DNA of 64,000 bases from the NCBI GenBank assembly GCA_964573235.1, contig CAZNIV010000002.1, positions 6,102 through 70,101 on the forward strand. Direction: 5' to 3'. Below, piece by piece: positions 22,547-31,415 of the stretch; the first letter of the stretch is position 1, and the number at the start of each line of letters is the position of its first letter. The DNA comes from an uncultured Gammaproteobacteria bacterium (GTDB taxonomy: Bacteria > Patescibacteriota > Patescibacteriia > 2-01-FULL-39-33). The translations under genes and the position numbers were made by a program. Below the pieces are notes generated by a model. The model worked only from the letters and a program-made list of their open reading frames with translations. It did not search any database and was not told the origin of the DNA.

Positions 22547-22591
22547 TTGTCTAAATTTAAACAATTTAATTGATTTTAAAACCAAAATATA

Positions 22592-22620
22592 TTGACAACA
22601 TAACTTTTATGTGGTATAAT
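22592..22620 (+). promoter_or_regulatory. Perfect-consensus sigma70 promoter for island A gene 2 (TTGACA-17-TATAAT)
   Basis: -35 at 22592-22597, -10 at 22615-22620. Confidence 0.65.
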
Positions 22621-22663
22621 ACAGAAGTCGTACATTTAACCGCAACCTCAACTGGAGGATCTC

Positions 22664-22768
22664 ATGAAAGACCTCGTCTTTGTGCTGGCCGTCGGAGTGA
22701 TCTTCGTTTTCATCAAAATCATGAAAGTGCTCCTTGGTGAAAACAAGCAGGCGAAAAAACCCGCTTGA
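22664..22768 (+). CDS. Island A gene 2: 34-aa hydrophobic single-helix peptide MKDLVFVLAVGVIFVFIKIMKVLLGENKQAKKPA (type-I-toxin-like or small membrane peptide)
   Basis: GGAGGA SD at 22654-22659, 4 nt before the ATG; GC-rich codons; sits between the consensus promoter and the terminator. Confidence 0.55.
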   Translation: MKDLVFVLAVGVIFVFIKIMKVLLGENKQAKKPA

Positions 22769-22794
22769 ACACCTCAACCGCCACCACAACCAAA

Positions 22795-22823
22795 AGGCCC
22801 CCGCTGATCACGGAGGCCTTTTA
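22795..22823 (+). terminator. Intrinsic terminator after island A gene 2
   Basis: ggcccccg / cggaggcc stem with palindromic loop tgatca, then a T-run. Confidence 0.6.
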
Positions 22824-22867
22824 ACTTTTATCCTATTTTATAATGTAATATATAAAATTTAGCAAAA

Positions 22868-23266
22868 CTATTTAACAATATAACTACATTTATTCTCGCT
22901 GCAAATAGCACTCAACTTATCCGATGCATCATCTAAATAATATTGGCACACACCACACGCGATACCATTTTCACATTTCTTTCTCTCTAAAGAATCCCAA
23001 TAAGTAACATACTTTTTATTTATTACCTCCAGACAACCACAGCACTCTTTAGAATCAGCGAATGCGCAATCTTCCTTAGTAACACAAGAAAGCAACTCTT
23101 CGCGATCTTTTGGTATCAAATAACCCACGGGCACTTTAGATGAATCTATTTGCTTGCCAGTCATTTGAGTGGGGATACCATTATTTATTATTAAAAAATA
23201 AGTAATCACACCGACTAAAACAATAATAATAGCGCTCAAAATTAAAACTAAACTTTTTTGCTTCAT
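22868..23266 (-). CDS. Small membrane-anchored cysteine-rich protein (host)
   Basis: 132 aa; N-terminal TM (LVLILSAIIIVLVGVITYFLII) then about 10 Cys; AT-rich codons. Confidence 0.5.
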   Translation of the reverse strand: MKQKSLVLILSAIIIVLVGVITYFLIINNGIPTQMTGKQIDSSKVPVGYLIPKDREELLSCVTKEDCAFADSKECCGCLEVINKKYVTYWDSLERKKCENGIACGVCQYYLDDASDKLSAICSENKCSYIVK

Positions 23267-23334
23267 ATTTTTATTGATTTATAAATTATTATGTTCTCTT
23301 TATTTGAACTATTTTGATATCCAAATTTTATTCC

Positions 23335-26187
23335 CTACTTTATACTCAATAATTTCTTTAAATACTGACCGGTATAACTATCCTTAACTTTCGCCACATC
23401 CATTGGTGTACCCGAAGCTACTAACTTACCACCAGCCACGCCACCTTCGGGACCTAAATCAATAATCCAATCCGCCGCCTTAATCACATCTAAATTATGT
23501 TCGATCACTAAAATTGAATTACCTTTATCCACCAAGCGATGTAACACTTGCAACAAACGACTAATATCATCAAAATGTAAACCGGTCGTTGGCTCATCCA
23601 AAATATATAAGGTCTTACCTGTTGGACGACGAGATAACTCGGTCGCCAACTTAACTCTTTGCGCTTCACCACCAGATAAAGTAGTCGCACTTTGGCCTAA
23701 ACGCAAGTAACCCAAGCCCACCTCTTCTAAAATCGATAATTTATCAATTACCTGAGGCTCATCAGCAAAAAACTTCTTCGCTTCCGCCACCGACATATCC
23801 AAAACATCGGCAATATTTTTATCTTTATAATGAATTTCTAAGGCATCCTGATTATAGCGCTTGCCATGACATGCTTCACACTCGACAAATACATCAGGCA
23901 AAAATTGCATTTCAATTTTTACATAACCATCGCCGGAACAATTTTCACAACGGCCACCACCTTTAACATTAAAGCTAAAATGACCTTGTTTAAAACCACG
24001 CATTTTACTTTCTGGTAACTCAGCATACAAATCACGAATGTAAGTGAATACACCAGTATAAGTGGCAGGATTAGAGCGAGGAGTGCGACCAATTGGCGAC
24101 TGATCAATGTCAATTACCTTGTCTAAATTTTCTAAACCACGCACTTCTTTATGTTTGCCTGGCAAATCACGAGTACGATAAAACCTATTAGACAAAACTT
24201 TAGTTAAAATTTCACTCATTAAGGTAGATTTACCAGAGCCAGAAACGCCCGTGACGCAAACCAATTTACCTAACGGAATTTTAACATCAATATTCTTTAA
24301 ATTATGTTCCGTGGCACCAATAATTTCAATGTTTTTACCATTACCTTGGCGATAAGACTTGGGCAAAGGAATACATTTTTTGCCGGATAAATATTGACCA
24401 GTTAAAGATTTTTTATCATTTTTTACTTCTTCAAAAGTGCCTTCAGAAACTACTTCGCCACCTAAGCTGCCCGCCCCTGGGCCAATATCAATTACATGAT
24501 CAGCTGATTGCATCATTTGTTCATCGTGCTCTACCACAATTACCGAATTGCCCTTATCTCGCAAGCGTTTTAACGCTTCAATTAACTTAGCAGTATCGCG
24601 CGCATGCAAGCCGATTGAAGGTTCATCAAGCACATAAGTAACTGATTCCAAACCGGAACCAATTTGCGTGGCTAATCTAATTCTTTGCGATTCACCACCG
24701 GCTAAAGTATTAGCACTGCGAGACAAAGTTAAATAATTCAAACCGACTTGTTGTAAAAAGATTAAACGCTTATCTACTTCTTTAATAATTTGTTTAGCAA
24801 TCTTGCCTTCACGCGATTCGCTCTTCCACTTTCTAGATAATTCATCAAATAATTTAGCCAAACTATCAATATCCAAATCAGTCATATCAGCAATCGACAA
24901 ATTATTGATTTTAATCGCCAAACTTTCTGGACGCAATTTGCGACCTTGGCAAGTGGGACAGGTAGAAACACGCATGTATTCCTCAAGAGTTTTCTGCATG
25001 TATTCACTCTTGGCTTCTAAATATTTTTCATTCAAAAATTCAATCACGCCCGGAAATTTTACCGTTGTACCTTCAACCACATATTCTTCTTGACCAGTAC
25101 CTTTCATAATCAATTCAAAAACTTTGTCGGATAATTCCGCCACCGGCACATTCAAACTAAATTTATATTTTTTCGCCACCACCTCTAACAACTTCATGTT
25201 GCTATTTTGAGAAGAAAAATTTCTGGACCAAGGCTTAATCGCGCCTTCGGCTAAAGTTAAACGCTTATTGGGAATAATTAATTCCGGATCCGGAATTAAA
25301 CGCGTACCTAAACCACGGCAAGCCGGACAAGCGCCAAAAGAAGAATTAAAAGAAAAAGAATGCGGTTCAATCTCCGGCAAGCTTATGCCACAATTGCGAC
25401 AAACATAATATAAATTAAAATTATGTTCTTGATTAGTTTCTGGCAAAAAGATATTAATAAATCCGTTACCAAAATCCAATGCTAAGTTAATCGTTTTTTC
25501 TAAGCGTTGCCAATTAACATCTTCTACTTTTTTGGCTTTAGTTTCTGAAGTCAGCGTAACAGTATCCACTAAAATTTCAATAGTATGACTAATATTTTTA
25601 TCAATCTCTAATTTTTTTGCTTCCGTAATATTATAAAAATTGCCATCGATGCGTAACAGTTCGTAATTAGCTTTATCGATCGCTTCAATTTGTTTAGTGT
25701 GAGAACCTTTTTTATTCATGACTACTGGCGCCAAGATTTGCATTTTCACGCCTTCCTTCCAGGTAGTAATCGTATCTAAAATTTGCTTTGGAGTTTGACG
25801 CTCTACTTTTTGCCCACATTTATGACAAAATACTTCGCCGATGCGCGCATAAAGCAAGCGCAAATAATCATAAATTTCTGTGACTGTACCCACAGTAGAG
25901 CGTGGATTAACCGAAGATGATTTTTGATCAATGGCAATGGTTGGCGATAAACCATCGATACTATCGACATCTGGCTTATCCATCAAATCTAAAAATTGCT
26001 TAGCATAAGAAGATAAGCTTTCGGCGTAGCGTCTTTGCCCTTCAGCATACAGCGTATCAAAAGCTAACGAAGACTTGCCAGAACCAGACAAACCAGTGAT
26101 AACCACCAATTTATTTTTGGGGATTTCTAGCGAAACATTTTTTAAATTATTAACTCGCGCACCCTTGATCGTGATCTTATCGGTCAT
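23335..26187 (-). CDS. uvrA: Excinuclease ABC subunit A
   Basis: Two ABC ATPase modules ([14 protein letters not shown]; [10 protein letters not shown]), zinc-finger Cys clusters, 950 aa. Confidence 0.95.
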   Translation of the reverse strand: MTDKITIKGARVNNLKNVSLEIPKNKLVVITGLSGSGKSSLAFDTLYAEGQRRYAESLSSYAKQFLDLMDKPDVDSIDGLSPTIAIDQKSSSVNPRSTVGTVTEIYDYLRLLYARIGEVFCHKCGQKVERQTPKQILDTITTWKEGVKMQILAPVVMNKKGSHTKQIEAIDKANYELLRIDGNFYNITEAKKLEIDKNISHTIEILVDTVTLTSETKAKKVEDVNWQRLEKTINLALDFGNGFINIFLPETNQEHNFNLYYVCRNCGISLPEIEPHSFSFNSSFGACPACRGLGTRLIPDPELIIPNKRLTLAEGAIKPWSRNFSSQNSNMKLLEVVAKKYKFSLNVPVAELSDKVFELIMKGTGQEEYVVEGTTVKFPGVIEFLNEKYLEAKSEYMQKTLEEYMRVSTCPTCQGRKLRPESLAIKINNLSIADMTDLDIDSLAKLFDELSRKWKSESREGKIAKQIIKEVDKRLIFLQQVGLNYLTLSRSANTLAGGESQRIRLATQIGSGLESVTYVLDEPSIGLHARDTAKLIEALKRLRDKGNSVIVVEHDEQMMQSADHVIDIGPGAGSLGGEVVSEGTFEEVKNDKKSLTGQYLSGKKCIPLPKSYRQGNGKNIEIIGATEHNLKNIDVKIPLGKLVCVTGVSGSGKSTLMSEILTKVLSNRFYRTRDLPGKHKEVRGLENLDKVIDIDQSPIGRTPRSNPATYTGVFTYIRDLYAELPESKMRGFKQGHFSFNVKGGGRCENCSGDGYVKIEMQFLPDVFVECEACHGKRYNQDALEIHYKDKNIADVLDMSVAEAKKFFADEPQVIDKLSILEEVGLGYLRLGQSATTLSGGEAQRVKLATELSRRPTGKTLYILDEPTTGLHFDDISRLLQVLHRLVDKGNSILVIEHNLDVIKAADWIIDLGPEGGVAGGKLVASGTPMDVAKVKDSYTGQYLKKLLSIK

Positions 26188-26283
26188 GGGAATAAATTAT
26201 TTATCGCTAATAAAAAAGATAACCCCCATTTTACAATAATAAAGCCACCGTGTCAAATACCCGTAAAGGTTATTTTGAAAATT

Positions 26284-26322
26284 AAAAAAGGTGCCCCATC
26301 GACTTGTGGTCGACGAGCACCC
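26284..26322 (-). terminator. Intrinsic terminator after island B gene
   Basis: Minus-strand hairpin ggtgctcgtcgac...gtcgatggggcacc followed by TTTTTT; a second smaller hairpin lies at 26331-26357. Confidence 0.5.
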
Positions 26323-26369
26323 GTAAACAAGAACTGAGTGGGGAGGAACTCAGCCCCTGCTTCGATATT

Positions 26370-26930
26370 TTATCTGGATTTAACGAGCAATTCTCCGGCT
26401 TTGATGGGTGGGTCTTCTTTGAGCCCTGCATCATGCCGAAAACGCCCATAAATATCAGTGACTTTGGCATCAGTGATATCACTCTGCCCACAACGCTGAC
26501 AGCGACTACTGGCATTTGCTAAATTAATAGCCATTTGCCAATAGCGCTCTTTACTTGCCTCCTCTTGTGCCGTTACCGCCCAAACCTTTTGGCGATTATA
26601 AACAACACAAGCAACAACCACGGCCAACATCATAGCGGTAAACGTCATGCCCACTAAGTGACGATGATGTCGCACCCAGCGCTTGGCTAACACCCAAGTG
26701 ACAACCGTCGGGTAAGCCACCATCAGAGTTAAGACTACCGGCCAAGCCAATAAGTCTTTAAACCGAATCAACGACTGGTTGCACTGAAGCTTTTTTTCGT
26801 TTTGCCGATGATTGCCCCAGCATTTTTGCATGTAATCCAGCTGAGTCGCGCTAACAATATGGTTATCTACGCGATCAGTTGGCACTGTGTCACTGCTCCA
26901 CGGGACAAAGGGGTGACAGATTTTCATCAT
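26370..26930 (-). CDS. Island B: 186-aa protein with two TM helices and a Cys/His-containing C-terminal domain, unknown function
   Basis: AAGGAGGA SD at 26945..26938, 7 nt before the ATG; GC-rich E. coli-like codons; TM segments WPVVLTLMVAYPTVVTWVL and LVGMTFTAMMLAVVVACVV. Confidence 0.55.
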   Translation of the reverse strand: MMKICHPFVPWSSDTVPTDRVDNHIVSATQLDYMQKCWGNHRQNEKKLQCNQSLIRFKDLLAWPVVLTLMVAYPTVVTWVLAKRWVRHHRHLVGMTFTAMMLAVVVACVVYNRQKVWAVTAQEEASKERYWQMAINLANASSRCQRCGQSDITDAKVTDIYGRFRHDAGLKEDPPIKAGELLVKSR

Positions 26931-27022
26931 AGAAACATCCTCCTTGGGTTGTGGTTGACTGATAAATTATCATTATATAAACAGCTCTAAGCTGATTGAT
27001 AAGGTACGATAAATAACTCATT

Positions 27023-27051
27023 AGTATTTCATATTTTACCACTTTTGTCAA
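27023..27051 (-). promoter_or_regulatory. Promoter for island B gene (TTGACA-17-AATACT), -35 overlapping the divergent truD -35
   Basis: Minus-strand TTGACA at 27051..27046; -10 at 27028..27023. Confidence 0.4.
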
Positions 27052-27073
27052 CCCAACTCAAATTTGATATAAT
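27045..27073 (+). promoter_or_regulatory. truD promoter TTGTCA-17-TATAAT; the transcript would be essentially leaderless
   Basis: -10 ends at 27073 and the ATG is at 27083; there is no SD. Confidence 0.45.
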
Positions 27074-27082
27074 AAATATATT

Positions 27083-28462
27083 ATGGAAGATTTTTTAACT
27101 ATCTTAGCGAAACAAAAAAGTTTTTTAGATAAACTGCAAAAAGAGCAGCCGTCTTTATTTACTATTGAACAAATTTTAGATGAAGAAACAACTTTAAAAA
27201 ATATTGGCATCACCACCTTAAGCAATAATCGCCCTGATGGCTATATTAAATTATATCCCCAAGATTTTATTGTGGAAGAGGTTCGTCAAAATGGCACTAT
27301 TAGTGTCATTGAACCAAAAGATGATTTTCCCCTGGCACAAGACGGCAAAAAAACTTTATATTGCAATTTAGTTAAAGCTAATGTTTCTACTATTGATGCC
27401 ATTGCTCGGTTAGCCAAAGCACTTAATCTGGCGCCAGAAAAAATTGGCTATGCTGGTATTAAAGATAATCAAGCTATTACTAGCCAACTAATCGCCTTAC
27501 CTAATATTAACGCTGGTCAAATCACCAGACTAAAAACGGAAAGCTTTTTTTTAACCAACTTTTATTATGGCACCGGCTCACTAAATGTGGCTGATTTAAC
27601 TGGTAATTCATTTACTATTCTAGTGCGTACCAAAGAAAAAATTGATCAGGAGCATTTAAAGCGGGAATTCAAAAAAATAAAAGATAACGGCTTTTTAAAT
27701 TTTTACCAAACTCAACGCTTTGGCACTCCGCGCTTAATTGGCCACCACTTAGGTAAAATGATTTTGCAAGGCAACTATGAGCACGCCATTAAAGCTTTTT
27801 TACTTTACTCCAGTATTCATGATTTAAAATTAGTGCGCATGATTCGCACCGAAGCGCAACAACTTTACGGTTATTGGGATAAAATGAAAAAAGTTTTTGC
27901 TTCTATGCCTGTTACTTTTCAACATGAACTAAAAATCTTATCTCACCTAGAGCAACACCCCCAAGATTTTATTGGTGCTTTACACGCCGTAAAAGATCAA
28001 AGCACTTTATGGATTTATGCTTACCCCAGTTATTTATTTAATTTATTACTTTCCGAGAATCAAAATAATTTACCACCAGAACTGCCTTTACTATTAAATG
28101 ACAATGAAAAAGATATAGCCTTATATCAAAATTATTTAACGCGTGATGGTATTACTAATTTTGCTAAAGCATTAAAACCATTTAAGTTCATTCAGCTTAA
28201 GCGTCGTTTAACGCCAACCCGTGTATATCCTAAAAATATTATGTTTATGTCGACGGATGAGGGTGTGATTTGTCATTTTGATTTGGATAAAGGTTCTTAC
28301 GCTACTTCATTTTTGATGAACTTATTTAAATTATCTAACGGGTTACCTTATCCGGCTTGGACTAAAAAAACACCTTGTGATATTAAAAAATATCTACAAT
28401 TAGGCACTAATGCCGAGGTAGTTAAGAGATTGGGTGATTATATAAAAAGAGAGCAAGTTTAA
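27083..28462 (+). CDS. truD: tRNA pseudouridine(13) synthase TruD-family protein
   Basis: GYAGIKDNQAITSQ and FGTPRLIGHH motifs typical of TruD/Pus7; 459 aa. Confidence 0.7.
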   Translation: MEDFLTILAKQKSFLDKLQKEQPSLFTIEQILDEETTLKNIGITTLSNNRPDGYIKLYPQDFIVEEVRQNGTISVIEPKDDFPLAQDGKKTLYCNLVKANVSTIDAIARLAKALNLAPEKIGYAGIKDNQAITSQLIALPNINAGQITRLKTESFFLTNFYYGTGSLNVADLTGNSFTILVRTKEKIDQEHLKREFKKIKDNGFLNFYQTQRFGTPRLIGHHLGKMILQGNYEHAIKAFLLYSSIHDLKLVRMIRTEAQQLYGYWDKMKKVFASMPVTFQHELKILSHLEQHPQDFIGALHAVKDQSTLWIYAYPSYLFNLLLSENQNNLPPELPLLLNDNEKDIALYQNYLTRDGITNFAKALKPFKFIQLKRRLTPTRVYPKNIMFMSTDEGVICHFDLDKGSYATSFLMNLFKLSNGLPYPAWTKKTPCDIKKYLQLGTNAEVVKRLGDYIKREQV

Positions 28463-28478
28463 TTTTAAAATACCATAT

Positions 28479-28523
28479 AAAAAGTTTTAGAGCTCCAAAT
28501 CGACATAGTCGACGCGGAGCTCT
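28479..28523 (-). terminator. Hairpin terminator downstream of island C gene 1 (nested SacI-SalI-SacI palindrome)
   Basis: 8-bp stem agagctcc/ggagctct around a 19-nt loop; a T5 run follows on the minus strand. Confidence 0.4.
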
Positions 28524-28550
28524 TGGTTTGTGAGGCTGGGCTTACCTCAG

Positions 28551-29135
28551 TTATTTGACGCAGGAGAAATGAACACTGCCCGCGGTGTCCATGGAGATAC
28601 CCATGTGGTTGATCTCCTCCAACTTGTAGCAATCAGCCGTCCGGGAATGGGACGGGTTAATGGTGATCGAGCGATCCGGGTTGTCGAAAACATGGACAAA
28701 CTCGAACACTCGCTCCATGATCGCCTGGATGGCAACTTCCGCCTCCTTGCTCAGCTGAACGGGTTCACCGTCAGCAAAGTTCAGATACAGAAAGCTCATG
28801 TGATCTCCGGCCTTCTTGATGATGTTGGTGCCAATCAGGTTGAACCCGATCGCCTTCATCTCGGCCATAATGCGATCGAACGAAATCATCGTCCAACCCG
28901 TGGGCCCCCAACCAGTGCGGGGCTTGCCGGAATCAGCCTGGCGATTGCCGGCCGCGTCCGTGCGATTGCCACGGAACGCATCCTTGCCAAGCTGCTCGGC
29001 CTGAAACGCGTGATTCTCGATGATCTCGCGCTGTTTGGCCTGACTCAGCACGGCCTTGGCGATACCACCAACCTTGCGAAGCTCTTCAGCGGCGGAGTCG
29101 GCAATACGGACACGAATCAGAATTTTGGTAACCAT
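28551..29135 (-). CDS. Island C gene 1 (194 aa), unknown function
   Basis: AGGAGA SD; its own consensus promoter; strongly GC3-biased codons (ctg, cgt, gcc, ggc, atc, aag). The overlapping plus-strand 225-aa ORF is rejected. Confidence 0.65.
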   Translation of the reverse strand: MVTKILIRVRIADSAAEELRKVGGIAKAVLSQAKQREIIENHAFQAEQLGKDAFRGNRTDAAGNRQADSGKPRTGWGPTGWTMISFDRIMAEMKAIGFNLIGTNIIKKAGDHMSFLYLNFADGEPVQLSKEAEVAIQAIMERVFEFVHVFDNPDRSITINPSHSRTADCYKLEEINHMGISMDTAGSVHFSCVK

Positions 29136-29213
29136 TTTTTTCTATCTCCTGTTTGTTGGGCATTATTGCCCGTTGTTGATGTACGATACACTTACTTGTA
29201 CAAGTGACCCATT

Positions 29214-29242
29214 ATTATAGCACACATCGCCAAAAATGTCAA
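29214..29242 (-). promoter_or_regulatory. Perfect-consensus sigma70 promoter (TTGACA-17-TATAAT) for island C gene 1
   Basis: Minus-strand -35 at 29242..29237 and -10 at 29219..29214; the 5'UTR carries the palindrome GGGCAttatTGCCC at 29158-29171. Confidence 0.65.
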
Positions 29243-29334
29243 TACATTTGACCTTATTTTACCCTATTTTAGCTATTTTAAACCAAATTTAGCCAAAATA
29301 AAAAGCCCCACTTATTGCAGGGCGTAAAGATTAC

Positions 29335-29820
29335 TTAGCCTCGATGACTCAGAACAATCTGGCCATCGATAACGTGCATATCCAAGTAAGCACGCTTTTT
29401 GACCGGGCAATCCAAGCGATTGCTCGAGCCAGTTAAACGCAACACGGTTAGTTCGGGCTGTTCCTTGACGGCAAACACCTCAGCCAGGTGGCGATATTCC
29501 ACTAATTGCCGACGCAATACATAACCCACCATCTCGGGAATGCCACTGCTTTTCTCTTCGCTTATATCCACGGCCAGCCAAAGACTTTTGCCATCGGCTC
29601 CCTTCCAGAACCAAAAAGTCTGGAGTTTTAGGTTACAACTATTAAGGGCGCTGATAGCTTCCCCAATAAAGATATTTTTCCGTCCGCCCATCTCCCAACC
29701 CTTGACCAAAACGCGGGTCTGAGTGGGAATGGGATTGACCGATTGTGGCACCAGACCAGAATCCAGCAACTTTCTTGCCAAGTCTGGTAACAGACACACT
29801 CTGATTTGAATTGTTTGCAT
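29335..29820 (-). CDS. Island C gene 2 (161 aa), unknown function
   Basis: AAGGAG SD 6 nt before the ATG; GC-rich codons; no dedicated promoter, sits downstream of an attenuator hairpin. Confidence 0.6.
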   Translation of the reverse strand: MQTIQIRVCLLPDLARKLLDSGLVPQSVNPIPTQTRVLVKGWEMGGRKNIFIGEAISALNSCNLKLQTFWFWKGADGKSLWLAVDISEEKSSGIPEMVGYVLRRQLVEYRHLAEVFAVKEQPELTVLRLTGSSNRLDCPVKKRAYLDMHVIDGQIVLSHRG

Positions 29821-29844
29821 TACTACTCCTTACGATTGAGTGTT

Positions 29845-29867
29845 AAAAAGGCTCGCGAGTGCGAGCC
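29845..29867 (-). terminator. Intrinsic terminator or attenuator between island C gene 3 and gene 2
   Basis: ggctcgc-actc-gcgagcc hairpin followed by TTTTT on the minus strand, only 12 nt before the gene 2 SD. Confidence 0.55.
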
Positions 29868-29888
29868 AAAATTGTCACCATCGCAATG

Positions 29889-30395
29889 CTAGCGACAGAT
29901 TATCTCCAACAGACCAGATGTATCGTCGCGACTGACCACAAAGGTGAACAAGTGGCCATCAAACTTGTGATCGGGAATGGGATTAGCCGCCTTGATTTGC
30001 ATTACCATGTCCGGATTTTCCGAATCATTCGCATTGCTAAAGGCGATAACACTTTCAAACACATGATCATTCAGCCAGTTGCGAATGAACTCCATCTGCA
30101 GGGGGCGTTTCGAGTTGCGACGAGTGAACTCCAACCGCAGATAACGCCGATGCGCTTCTTCGGTTAGTCCCACTTCGGTCAAGCGAAGCGCAACCGAGTC
30201 AACATCTTCCAGTAACCCCGCCAAACTGACACCATGGACGGTGTTCTTGGCGCCATTGATGCCGTGCTGGGTACCGACGAGACGCATCTTCGCCTTGTCG
30301 ACCGTAATGCCAATCTCTTGACAGCGATCATGCGCCGCCAAAGTAAGACCAACAAAGATAGTCAACACCTCTTCCTGCTCTCTTCTCTTTGGCAT
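29889..30395 (-). CDS. Island C gene 3 (168 aa), unknown function
   Basis: AAAGGGAGGAA SD 7 nt before the ATG; GC-rich codons. Confidence 0.6.
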   Translation of the reverse strand: MPKRREQEEVLTIFVGLTLAAHDRCQEIGITVDKAKMRLVGTQHGINGAKNTVHGVSLAGLLEDVDSVALRLTEVGLTEEAHRRYLRLEFTRRNSKRPLQMEFIRNWLNDHVFESVIAFSNANDSENPDMVMQIKAANPIPDHKFDGHLFTFVVSRDDTSGLLEIICR

Positions 30396-30457
30396 GGTTC
30401 TTTCCTCCCTTTATTGCTTGGTTGAACACTTATCAAACTAATTAAACGTACAAAAAA

Positions 30458-30496
30458 CTTAGTTATTGGTTTACCACATAACTAAGCTTCTGTCAA
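30458..30496 (-). promoter_or_regulatory. Island C operon promoter (TTGACA-17-TAAACC) overlapped by a perfect 9-bp inverted repeat, a candidate operator
   Basis: IR arms cttagttat (30458-30466) and ataactaag (30478-30486) with an 11-nt spacer cover the -10 region; -35 at 30496..30491. Confidence 0.45.
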
Positions 30497-30510
30497 TGCT
30501 TTAAATATTT

Positions 30511-31407
30511 TTAAACTAAGCCGTATTTTTTGATATTTTCATCAGCAATAACTTGAATTTTAGCCAATTCTTGCTGACTAGACTCCTTTTTAAATAAATG
30601 TTTAAAACGCTTTTGTATTTTTAAATACTCTTCCGCCGGAACGCGCTGGGTAATCTTTTGTACTTTTACCAATTGACCATTAACATACTCGACAATTGGA
30701 TAAATACCCGACTGCACCGCCAACTGACCAACTTTAATTGTTTGATTAGGCTCAATACCCCAACCCGGAACGCATGGCACATGAATCTGTAAATATTTTG
30801 GGCCTTTTATTGATAAAGCCTTTTTGATTTTTAATTCTACATCAATTGGATAAGCAATTGAAGCCGTAGCCACATAAGGCAAATGATGTGCCAAAGCAAT
30901 GCCGATCATATCTTTTTTCAACTGTTGCGCGCCATTAGAATCTTTGCCCGGTGGAGTGGTGGTAGTATTAGCATCAAATGGTGTAGAGCTACTGGATTGA
31001 TAACCAGTATTCTGATAAGCCTCGTTATCATAACAAACATACAAAATATTATCTCCACGCTCCCACATGCCAGACAAATGAATTAAACCAATATCAAAAG
31101 TGGCACCATCGCCACCAACAGCAATTATATTAGTATTATTATCCGCCTTCTTATACCTTAAGGCCGCCTGAATACCCGTGGCTACCGGAGCCGCATTTTC
31201 AAATAAAGAATGAATCCAAGGCATTTTAAAGGAACTCATCGGAAATTGTGTAGTAGTCACCTCACTACAACCAGTAGCATTAGAAACAATAGTATTTTTA
31301 CCAGCGATATCCATTAATATGCGTGCCGCAATAATCATACCGCAACCAGCGCAAGCGCTATGACCGGGATTTAATTGATGATGTAATGGCGCTTTATATT
31401 TACCCAT
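30511..31407 (-). CDS. porB: Pyruvate/2-oxoacid:ferredoxin oxidoreductase beta subunit (TPP-binding)
   Basis: CAGCG Cys motif, GDG thiamine-PP binding region, 298 aa. Confidence 0.85.
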   Translation of the reverse strand: MGKYKAPLHHQLNPGHSACAGCGMIIAARILMDIAGKNTIVSNATGCSEVTTTQFPMSSFKMPWIHSLFENAAPVATGIQAALRYKKADNNTNIIAVGGDGATFDIGLIHLSGMWERGDNILYVCYDNEAYQNTGYQSSSSTPFDANTTTTPPGKDSNGAQQLKKDMIGIALAHHLPYVATASIAYPIDVELKIKKALSIKGPKYLQIHVPCVPGWGIEPNQTIKVGQLAVQSGIYPIVEYVNGQLVKVQKITQRVPAEEYLKIQKRFKHLFKKESSQQELAKIQVIADENIKKYGLV

Positions 31408-31415
31408 ATCTTAAT

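Noticed and set aside
26331-26357. Second hairpin gaactgagtgggg-agg-aactcagcccc downstream of island B as a separate regulatory element
   Set aside because: Imperfect stem without a T-run; most likely just part of the 3'UTR next to the real terminator at 26284-26322.
28530-29207. 225-aa plus-strand ORF overlapping island C gene 1, longer than the minus-strand ORF
   Set aside because: It starts with GTG inside the terminator hairpin, has no SD or promoter, is Arg/Leu/Gly-rich like antisense of GC-rich coding DNA, and ends inside the C1 promoter. The minus-strand frame has the SD, promoter and GC3-biased codon usage.
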